Source: a virus (taxonomy: Duplodnaviria; Caudoviricetes). From it: 60,975 nucleotides of DNA. The position numbers and the translations under genes are program-made. Every line of letters begins with the position of its first letter. The first letter of the stretch is position 1. Below the pieces are notes generated by a model, which did no database searches, was not told the origin of the DNA, and saw only the letters and a list, made by a program, of their open reading frames with translations. The DNA lies in IMG/VR virus record IMGVR_UViG_3300019886_000001, positions 1 to 60,975 of that record; one strand, 5' to 3'. Positions 17,243 to 26,868 of this stretch are shown piece by piece.

Positions 17243-18053
17243 TGGGTGTGATCATATCATTAAGGTCCATATCCATATCATCCATATCTTTAAATAACAT
17301 ATTCAAGGCTATCTTCTTGGCTTCAGTAAAGAAAAATGGATGCTCTTTATCTTTTCTTATTTCCTCAACCAACCTTTTTTTCCTGGCCCTTTCATCCATT
17401 GTGCCTGATCGTGAAGTTGCAGCTTTGAACACATTGTGCCGGGCCTGTTTCCAAATTTCGTCTTTCTGATCATCAGTGAAGCTTACTATTCCACCATAAC
17501 CAACCAGGGAATGCAATATGGTATTGCCATAATCATTATAAAATTTGTTTGCCTTGTAGAACTCATAGGCATTCAGAACATTTTGCCGTTTCATCTTGGC
17601 AATTTCTTCTTCAGAAGGTTTGGTTTTTTCTTCCAATAGCAGTGAACCAAAGTATTGTTTGGCAGCTTGTGCCCGGCTATCTGATGCCATGTAAGCCCGT
17701 ATGCCGGTTACAAACAATGAAAGGCTTGGGATGTAAATTTTATCAATAGGGATGAATTCACCCATTGCGGTTTTATGGATAGCAAGCCCAATTTCTTCAA
17801 GCCTGATGCCTGGGAACACACGCAATACTTCAGCATGCAGTTCATTGATCAGAAAAGTTAAATCTTCTTTGGCTGATTGTTTCCCCAATGATAGGAAGGC
17901 TTTCACCACTGCAACCTTAATGGTATTTCTTAAAGCAAGGTGGTTGGCATTCTTGGCTATTATTCCGGCCAATCCTTCAACTTCATTTCGTGCTATTGGT
18001 GCAGGAAGGGTTTCATTTTTGATTAAGGCAAGTTGGCTGTTTTCTTCTTCCAT
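17226..18053 (-). CDS. Replication-associated protein (possible helicase loader, by position)
   Basis: Immediately downstream of the initiator; function inferred from synteny only. Confidence 0.5.
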   Translation of the reverse strand: MEEENSQLALIKNETLPAPIARNEVEGLAGIIAKNANHLALRNTIKVAVVKAFLSLGKQSAKEDLTFLINELHAEVLRVFPGIRLEEIGLAIHKTAMGEFIPIDKIYIPSLSLFVTGIRAYMASDSRAQAAKQYFGSLLLEEKTKPSEEEIAKMKRQNVLNAYEFYKANKFYNDYGNTILHSLVGYGGIVSFTDDQKDEIWKQARHNVFKAATSRSGTMDERARKKRLVEEIRKDKEHPFFFTEAKKIALNMLFKDMDDMDMDLNDMITPNENII

Positions 18054-18055
18054 AG

Positions 18056-18718
18056 TTAAATATCTGCAAAATTATTAATCATATCGGCAACACCATTTAT
18101 TGCTTTTGTTTTTTTATCCTTTTTATTATCATCCCTTACAAAGTTTTGTGCTGCTGCCTGCCAATCTTTCATTTTGTTCCGGCCAACCATCCACCCTTTT
18201 GATTTATAGAAGTTGTAAAATTTAACGGCATCATCATCTTTTTTTAACAGCCTGAAGTATTCCTGAACTTCTTCAATATTAGGAATTTTAAATTTCTTCA
18301 TTATATCACTATCATTATTGTTAAATAATGATGTATTGGTACTATCAGTGTTATTACTGGCGGGTTTGCCGTTACCGGGAAAGCCGTTACCGGGTTCACC
18401 GTCGCGGGAAATCCGCAATGGCTCAATTCTTAATGTAAGGATCATCCCTTTAAACTGCTTGGTTTCAGGGTCACGTATGGGGGTTGAAGATAGATACCCG
18501 TATTTTTCCAGTTCTTTGAAAGCTGCATTCATGCTATCCTTACCATCAGAACAGTTTTTAACTATTTCAGTCTTATAAACCTTCCAATCTTCAGGCAGTG
18601 AAAACAAATAGGAATATAATCCTTTAGCCTTTAATGAAAGATTTTTATCCTTTAAAGCTGTTTTTGGTACTTGGGCAAAGTTTAATTCAAGCCGTTCCCT
18701 TATGATGTATTCGGACAT
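18056..18718 (-). CDS. Phage replication initiator (N-terminal wHTH, C-terminal DnaD-like)
   Basis: LSLKAKGLYSYLFSLPEDW..ELEKYGYL; PNIEEV..KFYNFYKSKGWMVGRNKMKDWQAA. Confidence 0.8.
   Translation of the reverse strand: MSEYIIRERLELNFAQVPKTALKDKNLSLKAKGLYSYLFSLPEDWKVYKTEIVKNCSDGKDSMNAAFKELEKYGYLSSTPIRDPETKQFKGMILTLRIEPLRISRDGEPGNGFPGNGKPASNNTDSTNTSLFNNNDSDIMKKFKIPNIEEVQEYFRLLKKDDDAVKFYNFYKSKGWMVGRNKMKDWQAAAQNFVRDDNKKDKKTKAINGVADMINNFADI
18361..18419. repeat. Iteron-like repeats inside the initiator gene (putative ori)
   Basis: cgggtttgccgttac, cgggaaagccgttac, cgggttcaccgtcg, cgggaaatccg, next to an AT-rich tract. Confidence 0.6.
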
Positions 18719-18763
18719 TCAATAGTTTAGTTTGGGCAATAAATGTAAATCAAAAAAGTGCGA

Positions 18764-19069
18764 TCATACCAATTCAGGTTTCAACACTTCTTTGTTGATA
18801 TGTTCTTCGATGTTAGCAATGGGTGGTAATAACTCCCTGAAGTATTGAAGCGGAAACATACGTTCAAAAATTACTGTTGCAATAATAATATCGGGTGCAA
18901 TAACTTCTTCCAAATAAACACCATCAGTAATAATTGCCACAATATCAAAAGGGGTTGAAATTATCGTTCCCTTTTTTATAATTTTTCTTATTGTATATGG
19001 TGTTTTTAATTTCACGAATTCTTCAAATCCTGAATTATTTATGCACTCAACTAATGATTGATTTTGCAT
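18764..19069 (-). CDS. Hypothetical protein
   Basis: ORF. Confidence 0.6.
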   Translation of the reverse strand: MQNQSLVECINNSGFEEFVKLKTPYTIRKIIKKGTIISTPFDIVAIITDGVYLEEVIAPDIIIATVIFERMFPLQYFRELLPPIANIEEHINKEVLKPELV

Positions 19070-19169
19070 GATTTTTACGATTTAGTTATTTTACTGAAAG
19101 AATTATTATCTGCATTTTTAAGTAGGATACAGTCACCTAAAACTAAAGTGTCTTAAATCGCTTAAAAAG

Positions 19170-19397
19170 CTATTTAGCGTACAAAATAATAGTGCCCTGT
19201 TTTCGGTATTTTATGACGTATTTTTCAACTGCATCATCCCCTTGAAATGTTAAAATTTTGTTCAGCAATTTTGTAGCATTCTTTTCGCCAATATATTTGT
19301 GAAGTGACCATGCACCCACTGAAAAACGCCTTTTATTATTGAACAATTTTTTGTCACGTGGAACAAAGGTGATTCTGAAGGTTTGATTAATTTTCAT
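19170..19397 (-). CDS. Hypothetical protein (start moved to MKINQTF)
   Basis: GAACTTAA promoter motif at 19409-19416 lies inside the longer ORF call. Confidence 0.6.
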   Translation of the reverse strand: MKINQTFRITFVPRDKKLFNNKRRFSVGAWSLHKYIGEKNATKLLNKILTFQGDDAVEKYVIKYRKQGTIILYAK

Positions 19398-19452
19398 ATT
19401 GATTGTTTTTAAGTTCACAACTAAAGTATAAACAATCATTGATAATTCCAAA

Positions 19453-19920
19453 TCAATATCTTAAATCAGTGAAATGAATTATGCATGGGTTATCAATTGG
19501 TTTTCTGAACCAATCAAAGAAATCCTGCATGCTTAACCCATCGTTCTTAACTAATTCACAGGCATCAATATTTCTTCTTTCAAATTCATCTTCCTTTATC
19601 CAGGCACCAATTCCTTTTGTTTTTCCCAACCGATCAACAAATAAATCCAATGGCTGAATACCAACTTCGCCCTTCCCGAACACTGCAAGTTCAGTTTGCT
19701 TGCTGTAATACGGCTTATCAATCCATTCCCTAACAGAAAGAATTGCTTCACCCCGGTTGATAGCATCAATCCTGGGTTTCCAAAAAGCATAATTTCCCCT
19801 TATAGTGTGCCGTTTATCAAGGTGGTAAACCTTTGGGCCGAAATCAGTATTTTGTCCTTTACGTGGATGATATGAAGGAAACCTTTTTGAAAGGGTGATA
19901 ACGTAGGTTTTAATTTTCAT
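19453..19920 (-). CDS. ASCH-like hypothetical protein
   Basis: KRHTIRGNY..W..LSVREW...NDGLS..DF.DWF pattern. Confidence 0.5.
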   Translation of the reverse strand: MKIKTYVITLSKRFPSYHPRKGQNTDFGPKVYHLDKRHTIRGNYAFWKPRIDAINRGEAILSVREWIDKPYYSKQTELAVFGKGEVGIQPLDLFVDRLGKTKGIGAWIKEDEFERRNIDACELVKNDGLSMQDFFDWFRKPIDNPCIIHFTDLRY

Positions 19921-20510
19921 AGGTTTCTTAATTCAGGGCCGATGTGTTCCAATCCAAGCCATTGATAAAATTCTGTTTCTGTTTGCCAATTAGGGGGCGT
20001 GTTGGTTTTATTGCGAACACATTCCCATTTTGATTTTCCATCAGGCTGCTTATGTTCAATACAATCTTCAACCCTTCTTAAACCGCAATTAGAACCAACC
20101 CATCCCTTTCTTCGCCAAGCTGCTGCAATTACTTTATGTGCATAATCTGCACTCCCTGTTCTTATAACATATTGACGTATAAAATCTTCTACATCAGGGA
20201 TGAATAAATCCAGGTTGATGCCTTCAGGAAGAACTATCTTCAGGTATTTACCATAAGGTGTTCCCTTTTCGATTGTTCCCAATGCTTCAACAGCCCGGAC
20301 AAATCCAATCTGCACACCATATATAGGTGTTTTATTCATGAAAAGATCAGTGTTGTATGTAATATCAAACTTTGGAAGGCAAACTATTTCAATATCTTTT
20401 ATTTCAGGCTTCTTTCTTCTTATTGAACCGGCAATGTGAAGCCTGGTTGTGAATGGTTCTATTTTGGTGCAAGCTGCAACAGCTATTGCACGGGCTTGTG
20501 ATAATTCCAT
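19917..20510 (-). CDS. DNA polymerase X/beta-family nucleotidyltransferase (minimal)
   Basis: IAGSIRRKKPEIKDIEIV, NLDLF, RTGSADY. Confidence 0.8.
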   Translation of the reverse strand: MELSQARAIAVAACTKIEPFTTRLHIAGSIRRKKPEIKDIEIVCLPKFDITYNTDLFMNKTPIYGVQIGFVRAVEALGTIEKGTPYGKYLKIVLPEGINLDLFIPDVEDFIRQYVIRTGSADYAHKVIAAAWRRKGWVGSNCGLRRVEDCIEHKQPDGKSKWECVRNKTNTPPNWQTETEFYQWLGLEHIGPELRNL

Positions 20511-20512
20511 AG

Positions 20513-20830
20513 TTAAAATATATCTATGCCATAATCCAACAAACCGAAAACAAAATCCTGAAGTTCGCCCGGCTGTTTTATGGCTTCAGCTTTTGCAGTT
20601 AAATTTTCCAAATCTTTTTCCTCAAATGAAAAGCAAGGTGCATTGATGTGATAAATTATGTATTCCTTTATAAAGTTGAATTCATCATCATCATTCAGGC
20701 CATCATCTATTTTAAAATACAGGTCCCTTACTGAAGTATCCTGCCAATGGTGGTTTTCGGGTTGTAGTGGTGCACCGCCTGGATACAAGGTGTTTCCAAA
20801 CATCTTAGGTGCAGTTAATAATTCTTTCAT
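20513..20830 (-). CDS. Hypothetical protein
   Basis: ORF after a GAACTTAA motif. Confidence 0.7.
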   Translation of the reverse strand: MKELLTAPKMFGNTLYPGGAPLQPENHHWQDTSVRDLYFKIDDGLNDDDEFNFIKEYIIYHINAPCFSFEEKDLENLTAKAEAIKQPGELQDFVFGLLDYGIDIF

Positions 20831-20894
20831 GAAAATTAGTTATTAAGTTCAAAACAAACCAGGCACCCCTTTGGGCACCTGGATAAATAATGTG

Positions 20895-21554
20895 TTAAGC
20901 TGTAACCGGCTTATCTTTCTTGCTTGGCTTTTTTCCTGGTTTTATATCGGGCATTGGCTTTTGCTCAATGGGTGCATCAATCTTGAAAGATGGCATTTCC
21001 CGATCTTCAAAAGGAATTGTCATTTGATCAGTTTTGTAAGCCAACCATTCTTTGGCCTCAATGATCAGGGCTTCCAGGTGGATTTGTGCGAAATCAATTA
21101 ATGGATAATTCCATGCACCATCAGTTGCTTTCAAGGTTGAAAATGAAGGGCATGATATTTTTTGTTTTACACCATCAGGTGTGGTGATGATACCGTTTAT
21201 TTTGAACTTGCTATAATCGGTTTTTGTGGTAATGATCACTGACGTAACTTCAACATTTTTATATCTATCATCATCAAGATAAATATTGTCGGTGAAGAAC
21301 GCATTGTTTTCCAGTGTGATCAGTTTATCCAACCTATCATTGGGTTCAGTTAATCCCAACCGAACTAACAAGTGAACCTTCATCACTTCCATTGCATCAT
21401 TGAAATGCCGATGCCTGGCAAAATCGCTGCTTCGCGGTGTTTCTTCATTAATTACTTCATTATGATCACGCGGTTTGAACCGTTCTTTGAACATAACCTT
21501 TGTTCTTTTACCCATGAAATAAATCCCCTGGATGTTTTTTTTAATTGATGCCAT
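20895..21554 (-). CDS. Hypothetical protein
   Basis: Long ORF. Confidence 0.75.
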   Translation of the reverse strand: MASIKKNIQGIYFMGKRTKVMFKERFKPRDHNEVINEETPRSSDFARHRHFNDAMEVMKVHLLVRLGLTEPNDRLDKLITLENNAFFTDNIYLDDDRYKNVEVTSVIITTKTDYSKFKINGIITTPDGVKQKISCPSFSTLKATDGAWNYPLIDFAQIHLEALIIEAKEWLAYKTDQMTIPFEDREMPSFKIDAPIEQKPMPDIKPGKKPSKKDKPVTA

Positions 21555-21589
21555 AAACTGTTGTTTTTAATATAAATTAATAGAAATTG

Positions 21590-22396
21590 TTATTTTTTGG
21601 TTTTAATAATGGTTTTGGCATCACCTGTATGATCATAGCAGTAATAATTACCACTATCAAGACTTTGGGTGTATGGTTGATGTGCTCTTATTGACTTCAT
21701 GCATACAGCACACTTGCCAATGACTGTTTTATCAACTTCATCAACAGGCAGCTTGTTGAAAGCCTTATTCATTAAATCTTCAGTTGAACGAATAATTATA
21801 TCATTGATAAGCTGATACTTTTTATCCAATAAAAACTTTTGGGGTGATGGTTCTGATCCACCGAATATTGCACCATAAATGCCGGAACTAATTGCTTTCA
21901 GTATTCCAAACCTTTGATCAGCTTCAGTAAATAATGTTTCACCATGGATCTGTTCACTTGGAAATGGGGGAATATCTTTTTGCCTGTTCAACCTGGCTGT
22001 TCTAAGCCCGTTCACGGCTTTATTGGTTTCAGTGAGGTTATCCCTTATTTCCCCAAGTGTTTTTGTAATGGCTGCAATATCTGTTGCGTAATCGGGAAGA
22101 ATAGGGGTGTGCATGGTTTTCTTATTCATGTGAAGTAAAAAATCCAAAACTTTCAATGCTAATTCTTTATCGGGCCAAACATCAGGATCACCCAACCATT
22201 CCCATCTTGTTGTGCTTACCTTTTTGATCATCCCAAGTTTTTCAATTGCTTTGGGTGCAGTCTTGTTAATGGAAAAGTTGATAGCAATTTCGGATAGGGA
22301 AACCTGGCATTGATATGGAAGGGCATTTTCTTTTACTGAATAAAGAAAATCAATGTATTTAGTGATAGTCTTTTCAGGTACGGGCTTTTCTCTCAT
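21590..22396 (-). CDS. Hypothetical protein (wHTH-like N-terminus, C-terminal Zn finger)
   Basis: LSEIAINFSI..IEKLGMIKK; CAVC...YYCYDH. Confidence 0.6.
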   Translation of the reverse strand: MREKPVPEKTITKYIDFLYSVKENALPYQCQVSLSEIAINFSINKTAPKAIEKLGMIKKVSTTRWEWLGDPDVWPDKELALKVLDFLLHMNKKTMHTPILPDYATDIAAITKTLGEIRDNLTETNKAVNGLRTARLNRQKDIPPFPSEQIHGETLFTEADQRFGILKAISSGIYGAIFGGSEPSPQKFLLDKKYQLINDIIIRSTEDLMNKAFNKLPVDEVDKTVIGKCAVCMKSIRAHQPYTQSLDSGNYYCYDHTGDAKTIIKTKK

Positions 22397-22429
22397 TTTG
22401 AAACACTATTAAGTTCGGTTCAAATGTAA

Positions 22430-22846
22430 TTATTTAGATGTTATCCTTACATCCAAAAACCTTGCATTTATTTCACTAACTGGAAACACATTATTTTGAA
22501 TTAGTTCTATCAATAAAGCTGCATGCAGTGTTGCCATAGATGTGTATTTAATATGATGATAATCCATCCACTTATGATAATGTGATAATGATGGCATCAA
22601 ACAACCGGCATGATCCATACGCATCATCTTTGCAATTTCAGAAACGGTGAATGCAGCAAATGTTTCAATCACAACACTTTTGCTCATTGCATGCCCTGAA
22701 TTAAAGTGAATCTGTAATCTTTGAGTTGCACAACCGGGTAATGGATTAAGTTTTTCCCAATACCATGTGCTTTGTTCTTGTTGGATACCTAATTGCTTTA
22801 AGATCATTGCCTGTTCCATAGAACAAACCTGTTCTGATATATTCAT
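22430..22846 (-). CDS. Hypothetical phage protein
   Basis: ORF with ATGA overlap. Confidence 0.7.
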   Translation of the reverse strand: MNISEQVCSMEQAMILKQLGIQQEQSTWYWEKLNPLPGCATQRLQIHFNSGHAMSKSVVIETFAAFTVSEIAKMMRMDHAGCLMPSLSHYHKWMDYHHIKYTSMATLHAALLIELIQNNVFPVSEINARFLDVRITSK

Positions 22847-23046
22847 TTTTTCTCTTTATAAAATTCTTCAACCTTGTTTTGAAAGTTGCACCCAAGCCAA
22901 AAGAAGTTTGCAGCATCTTCAGTTTCCAGGCACCAAGAATTGCCCCTTTTATCCAACACTGAAGCTTTGATTTTAAAATGGATGCAGATTGTCTTAATGC
23001 ATTCTTCACTTAAATTGGGCGAAAATGTTAATATGGCATGTATCAT
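22843..23046 (-). CDS. Hypothetical protein
   Basis: ATGA overlaps. Confidence 0.6.
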   Translation of the reverse strand: MIHAILTFSPNLSEECIKTICIHFKIKASVLDKRGNSWCLETEDAANFFWLGCNFQNKVEEFYKEKK

Positions 23047-23273
23047 GATTTTATTTTTTTGATTTGGCCGGTTTCTTCATCAATGCCACAAATAAGCAAG
23101 CCTGATGGAAGAATGGTTTCCTTCAGCTTACCATCAACCATTATATTGATGGTGTGACCTTTGATCACAAAGGCAATATCAGCTTTCGGTACTTCATATT
23201 TATAGGCAAAAAACCTTTGCATCTTGTCTAAGCAGGATGCAAGGTTTTGAATATTGGTTAGATAAAACTTCAT
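23043..23273 (-). CDS. Hypothetical protein
   Basis: Overlaps both neighbours. Confidence 0.6.
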   Translation of the reverse strand: MKFYLTNIQNLASCLDKMQRFFAYKYEVPKADIAFVIKGHTINIMVDGKLKETILPSGLLICGIDEETGQIKKIKS

Positions 23274-24082
23274 TATGATCTTATCATGCTGTTCAGGTGC
23301 AGCCGGGCACTGATGGCAGTGGATTCCAGTGAATCCAATTCGGTTAACACATCATCCCGCTTAACTATGAATTCATAAACCCGTTCCTTCAGTGCAATAT
23401 CATAGGTCCAATCACCAAGATTGGTTTCAAAATCGTATTGAATTTTGTGGGTTTTAAGGTGAAGAAGGAATTCGGCCATGTTAAAGATCATTGCCCGTTC
23501 AACTTCCAGGCATTTTGATTTGTATTCAGGATCATCTTCAGCCGGTAATCCTAATGCGTAATACACCCTTTTCTTTTCTTCAACAATCATGTGTGGTGGT
23601 GCATTAACCAGGCAGTGTGCAGTTCGCCATTCCTTTACATTGGGAATCAGGTGCATGTAACACGTATCCTGCCAAAGATATTCTTTCTTCAGCTTATCAA
23701 ACACGGTTGGCATGGTGAACACATCCCAAGCACATTTTACATCAACACCAATTTCGCTTTTCATTATTTCGATATTATCAGTAATATCAGGTTCGCCCGT
23801 TATGATGGTGCTGTTAAGCCGTTCTTCGTTTTTGTGGAACACCTTTTTGTGTAATCGGCAATACAGGGTAATGGCTTCTTCTTCCTGAAGCTTTCCTTTT
23901 TCGATGTACTTAGAACCAATTTCCTTTTTCCGGCTATGCTTTTCTTCAGCATAAATTTCACGTAAATAGGTTTTGGTGGTTGCTGAAAGTTCACCGCTTG
24001 CTTTATCGGCACTTGATTTTGGATCGGTTTTCAGCTTATGCCAAGCTGATGCATGGAACAAATAATTGTCAAAGGTTTTCAT
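23273..24082 (-). CDS. YqaJ/lambda-exonuclease-like recombination nuclease
   Basis: HASAW, GKLQEEEA, TGEPD..DVKCAWD, YLWQ..CYM. Confidence 0.75.
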   Translation of the reverse strand: MKTFDNYLFHASAWHKLKTDPKSSADKASGELSATTKTYLREIYAEEKHSRKKEIGSKYIEKGKLQEEEAITLYCRLHKKVFHKNEERLNSTIITGEPDITDNIEIMKSEIGVDVKCAWDVFTMPTVFDKLKKEYLWQDTCYMHLIPNVKEWRTAHCLVNAPPHMIVEEKKRVYYALGLPAEDDPEYKSKCLEVERAMIFNMAEFLLHLKTHKIQYDFETNLGDWTYDIALKERVYEFIVKRDDVLTELDSLESTAISARLHLNSMIRS

Positions 24083-24088
24083 TTGGAT

Positions 24089-24760
24089 TTAATTTTTGAA
24101 TGATTTTAATTTAGCAGAAATAAGTAATTGTATATCGCCTGAATTCGGCAAGGTAGATTGAAGTTTAAGTAAATCTTCAGCATTTTCACAATCGTTAATC
24201 ATCAGGAAGTAACGGTTGTTTTCATTTGTCTTTTTGCGATCTTTCCGTTGTTCCTGCAAATCCTTTCCCCTGGTTGTGAAAACTTTATCTTCATCTTTGT
24301 TCAGGTCCCGGCCAAACCTTTTGCAAAACTTGCCTGCATTTTTAAATGCTTCAGCAGCAGAAAGTGGGATGGCAAGCTTTTCTTCATTTGCCCTTACTGC
24401 TTTAGTGCTTCCCTTGAATTCACCTTGTTGGATAACATTGATTGGGGCGAACCCAACACCATCATAAGTTAACCATTCCTTTAAAATCGGGTGAAACACT
24501 TTCCATGCAACACGGCAAAGGGAACCTTCATTGAACGGGCTTACTTCATAGATGATCTTTTGAACCAGGCCATCAAAGGCATTTGATAATTCCACTGCAA
24601 GAATACCATACGGGATATATTGGTAGCTTCTTTTATTTCCTGCATCATCAATTTCATCTTCCAAAATAACAGTGATCAGGTTATCAGCATTAGGTTCTTC
24701 TTCAAGAAGTTTATTGAACTTTTTCAGGGCTTCTTTAAATTGTGGTGTGGTTTCGTACAT
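24089..24760 (-). CDS. Rad52/Sak-like single-strand annealing protein
   Basis: YQYIP..DGVG..AEAFKNAG..FGRDLN; paired with the exonuclease. Confidence 0.65.
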   Translation of the reverse strand: MYETTPQFKEALKKFNKLLEEEPNADNLITVILEDEIDDAGNKRSYQYIPYGILAVELSNAFDGLVQKIIYEVSPFNEGSLCRVAWKVFHPILKEWLTYDGVGFAPINVIQQGEFKGSTKAVRANEEKLAIPLSAAEAFKNAGKFCKRFGRDLNKDEDKVFTTRGKDLQEQRKDRKKTNENNRYFLMINDCENAEDLLKLQSTLPNSGDIQLLISAKLKSFKN

Positions 24761-25025
24761 TATATAATTGGTTAAAGATTATTTTCGGTTCCTGATCTTA
24801 TCATTTTCCTGCTTAATGTACAACATCCAGTTTTCAAAACGTAGCTGCCATGTTGCTGGATCTGATTTTTTAAGCCAACCTTCAGGAATTACAGGCTGAT
24901 TTGTTGCTTTAATTTTTTGCATTGGATTTAATTAATTAGTTTTACGGCTTAATTAACAATTCTCATTTGTTAAATGCCCCAACCTTGGGGTACTAAGCAT
25001 ATTGAAAAACTGTTATTAAGTTCAG

Positions 25026-25250
25026 TCAAGCCCCGGATGAAAGTCTTGGGCTTTGCTTTTTTATACCCACCGGCCAAACACTTCTATATGGAAATCCGTC
25101 ACTATTCAAAATTTGATAGTACCCACAAGTTGGGCATACCCTGCATGCATTCATTTTATAAAGGCTTGATGTAACACATGCCGGGCAAAGCATGCCGGGC
25201 ATTCTTATTAAAAGATGATCAGTCATTGATTCGGGTTCAGTTTCTTTCAT
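25026..25250 (-). CDS. Zn-ribbon protein
   Basis: CPAC...CPTCG. Confidence 0.55.
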   Translation of the reverse strand: MKETEPESMTDHLLIRMPGMLCPACVTSSLYKMNACRVCPTCGYYQILNSDGFPYRSVWPVGIKKQSPRLSSGA

Positions 25251-25462
25251 AATTTATCTGCTATTTGTTGAAGGGCAACTTTTTGAACCATCTTACTTAA
25301 AACCGTACCTGAAATTACAATATATCTGTCAATATCAGTATTTAATATGGCTTCATCCAAAAGGATTTGATAAGTATCAATTTCATCTGCAAGCCCTGCA
25401 ATTACCTTACCCAATGAAATACTGTATGTTTCAGCATCAATGGTTCTTCTTCCTTCAGCCAT
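25247..25462 (-). CDS. Hypothetical protein
   Basis: ORF in operon. Confidence 0.6.
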   Translation of the reverse strand: MAEGRRTIDAETYSISLGKVIAGLADEIDTYQILLDEAILNTDIDRYIVISGTVLSKMVQKVALQQIADKL

Positions 25463-25463
25463 T

Positions 25464-25961
25464 TTATTGATGATCTAATTTGTTCAGTGCTAAACCCGCA
25501 TCAATTAAAAAATCAACATCGGCATGTATTTTATAAAGTTCTTCAATCACTGCCAAATTATTGAATCTTAAACCGTGACTTTCAAATTGTTTTTCTTTAT
25601 AGGAATAGGAAAATGTATGCCCGGTGCCTGTATATATCATTTCAACTGCCAAATCATCATGAAATTCAATGCTTGGAATAAATTGTGGCATCATGTTCAA
25701 CATCGGTGGTGTTGTTTGGTGCAACCCCTGCATCAATATTGAAAACCATTGTGCTTTTGTTAATTGTGATAATGGAATAAGCAAAGGCTTAATTCTATGC
25801 AGATCGAAATAGTTAATATCATCTTTATCTTCATAGAAGATCAATCCCGGCATTCCTGCAACTATGGCAACCATTGTGCCGGGACAAACTGTTTCAGGAT
25901 CTTTAAATTCAAGATCGTACGGTAAATAGTGTGCTATTTGATTAAGCTGAATTGTTTGCAT
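25464..25961 (-). CDS. Hypothetical phage protein
   Basis: YLPYDL..IKPLLIPLSQLT..HADV..LID.GLA pattern; follows a GAACTTAA promoter. Confidence 0.7.
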   Translation of the reverse strand: MQTIQLNQIAHYLPYDLEFKDPETVCPGTMVAIVAGMPGLIFYEDKDDINYFDLHRIKPLLIPLSQLTKAQWFSILMQGLHQTTPPMLNMMPQFIPSIEFHDDLAVEMIYTGTGHTFSYSYKEKQFESHGLRFNNLAVIEELYKIHADVDFLIDAGLALNKLDHQ

Positions 25962-26029
25962 ACATGAAAAGTTATTAAGTTCGGATATAAAAGTATAAAT
26001 GATTATTGATAATACAAATTATTGTTCAT

Positions 26030-26061
26030 AAAAAAACCGATGCAGCTTATTACATCGGTTT
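26030..26061 (-). terminator. Terminator ending the lysis/late operon
   Basis: aaaccgatg/catcggttt stem with a T run. Confidence 0.7.
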
Positions 26062-26080
26062 CAATTATCCTGTTTTGGGA

Positions 26081-26614
26081 TTATATCTTGGGCTTGAATC
26101 TTAGGTAAAGCCAAATTATCAGTATGATCAGCAACACCCCACCTATTGCATAAGGCACCCAACCGTAGGATGGCTTACTTACTACATCCTTACTTTTGCT
26201 TTTAACATGGGTGCTATCCTTTTTCGTTTCAAGTGACTGATCAGAAGATGAATCTGCAACATGCTTCTTTTCGGTGGTGGTGGTGGTATCCTTCTGAACC
26301 TTATTTTTTTTATTCTTGATAACCACCTTTGCAGCTTCACCCGTGAATGAACCATCTTTATTAATGGTTATTGTCTTACCAGGTGCCGGTGTAATTTCGG
26401 TTTCAACCGTCCCTGAATCAGTTTTGGTGGTGATCGTTTTTGTTTCAACCGTGCCGGTGTCCTTATGGGTGCTAACTGCCTGGGTTGATTTGGTTGATTC
26501 TATAACCCTTGTGCTATCAGTTTGCTTTATTAATACGTGCCTTGCCTTGCACCCGTTCAAAATAAATAATGCCGTACAAAGGATTAAAACCGGGAATAAC
26601 TTGAAGTGTTTCAT
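26081..26614 (-). CDS. Putative unimolecular spanin
   Basis: N-terminal lipobox LNGC, Thr/Lys-rich middle, C-terminal TM helix; in the lysis cassette. Confidence 0.6.
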   Translation of the reverse strand: MKHFKLFPVLILCTALFILNGCKARHVLIKQTDSTRVIESTKSTQAVSTHKDTGTVETKTITTKTDSGTVETEITPAPGKTITINKDGSFTGEAAKVVIKNKKNKVQKDTTTTTEKKHVADSSSDQSLETKKDSTHVKSKSKDVVSKPSYGWVPYAIGGVLLIILIIWLYLRFKPKI

Positions 26615-26868
26615 TGTTGTGGGGGATTTGAATTTGGTGTTGCAGGTGTGTTTTGGGCTGCATTCAATGCATTGGAAATGGTTTCATCCTTTTTAGCAGA
26701 TTGATTGCTACTATCATAGTAATATTTCACTATCAAGGTTAACAGAACGACACAACTGTCATGCAGTGCCGGAACGTTTGCCATCAGCCATAATAACCCG
26801 ACTATTAAAGGAATTGCCAAGAAGTTTTTAAATGCAAAGCATTTTATGTATTCAAAAAAATCTTTCAT
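26611..26868 (-). CDS. Putative holin
   Basis: Two TM segments, then YYYDSS..S..KDETI; next to the endolysin. Confidence 0.65.
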   Translation of the reverse strand: MKDFFEYIKCFAFKNFLAIPLIVGLLWLMANVPALHDSCVVLLTLIVKYYYDSSNQSAKKDETISNALNAAQNTPATPNSNPPQQ

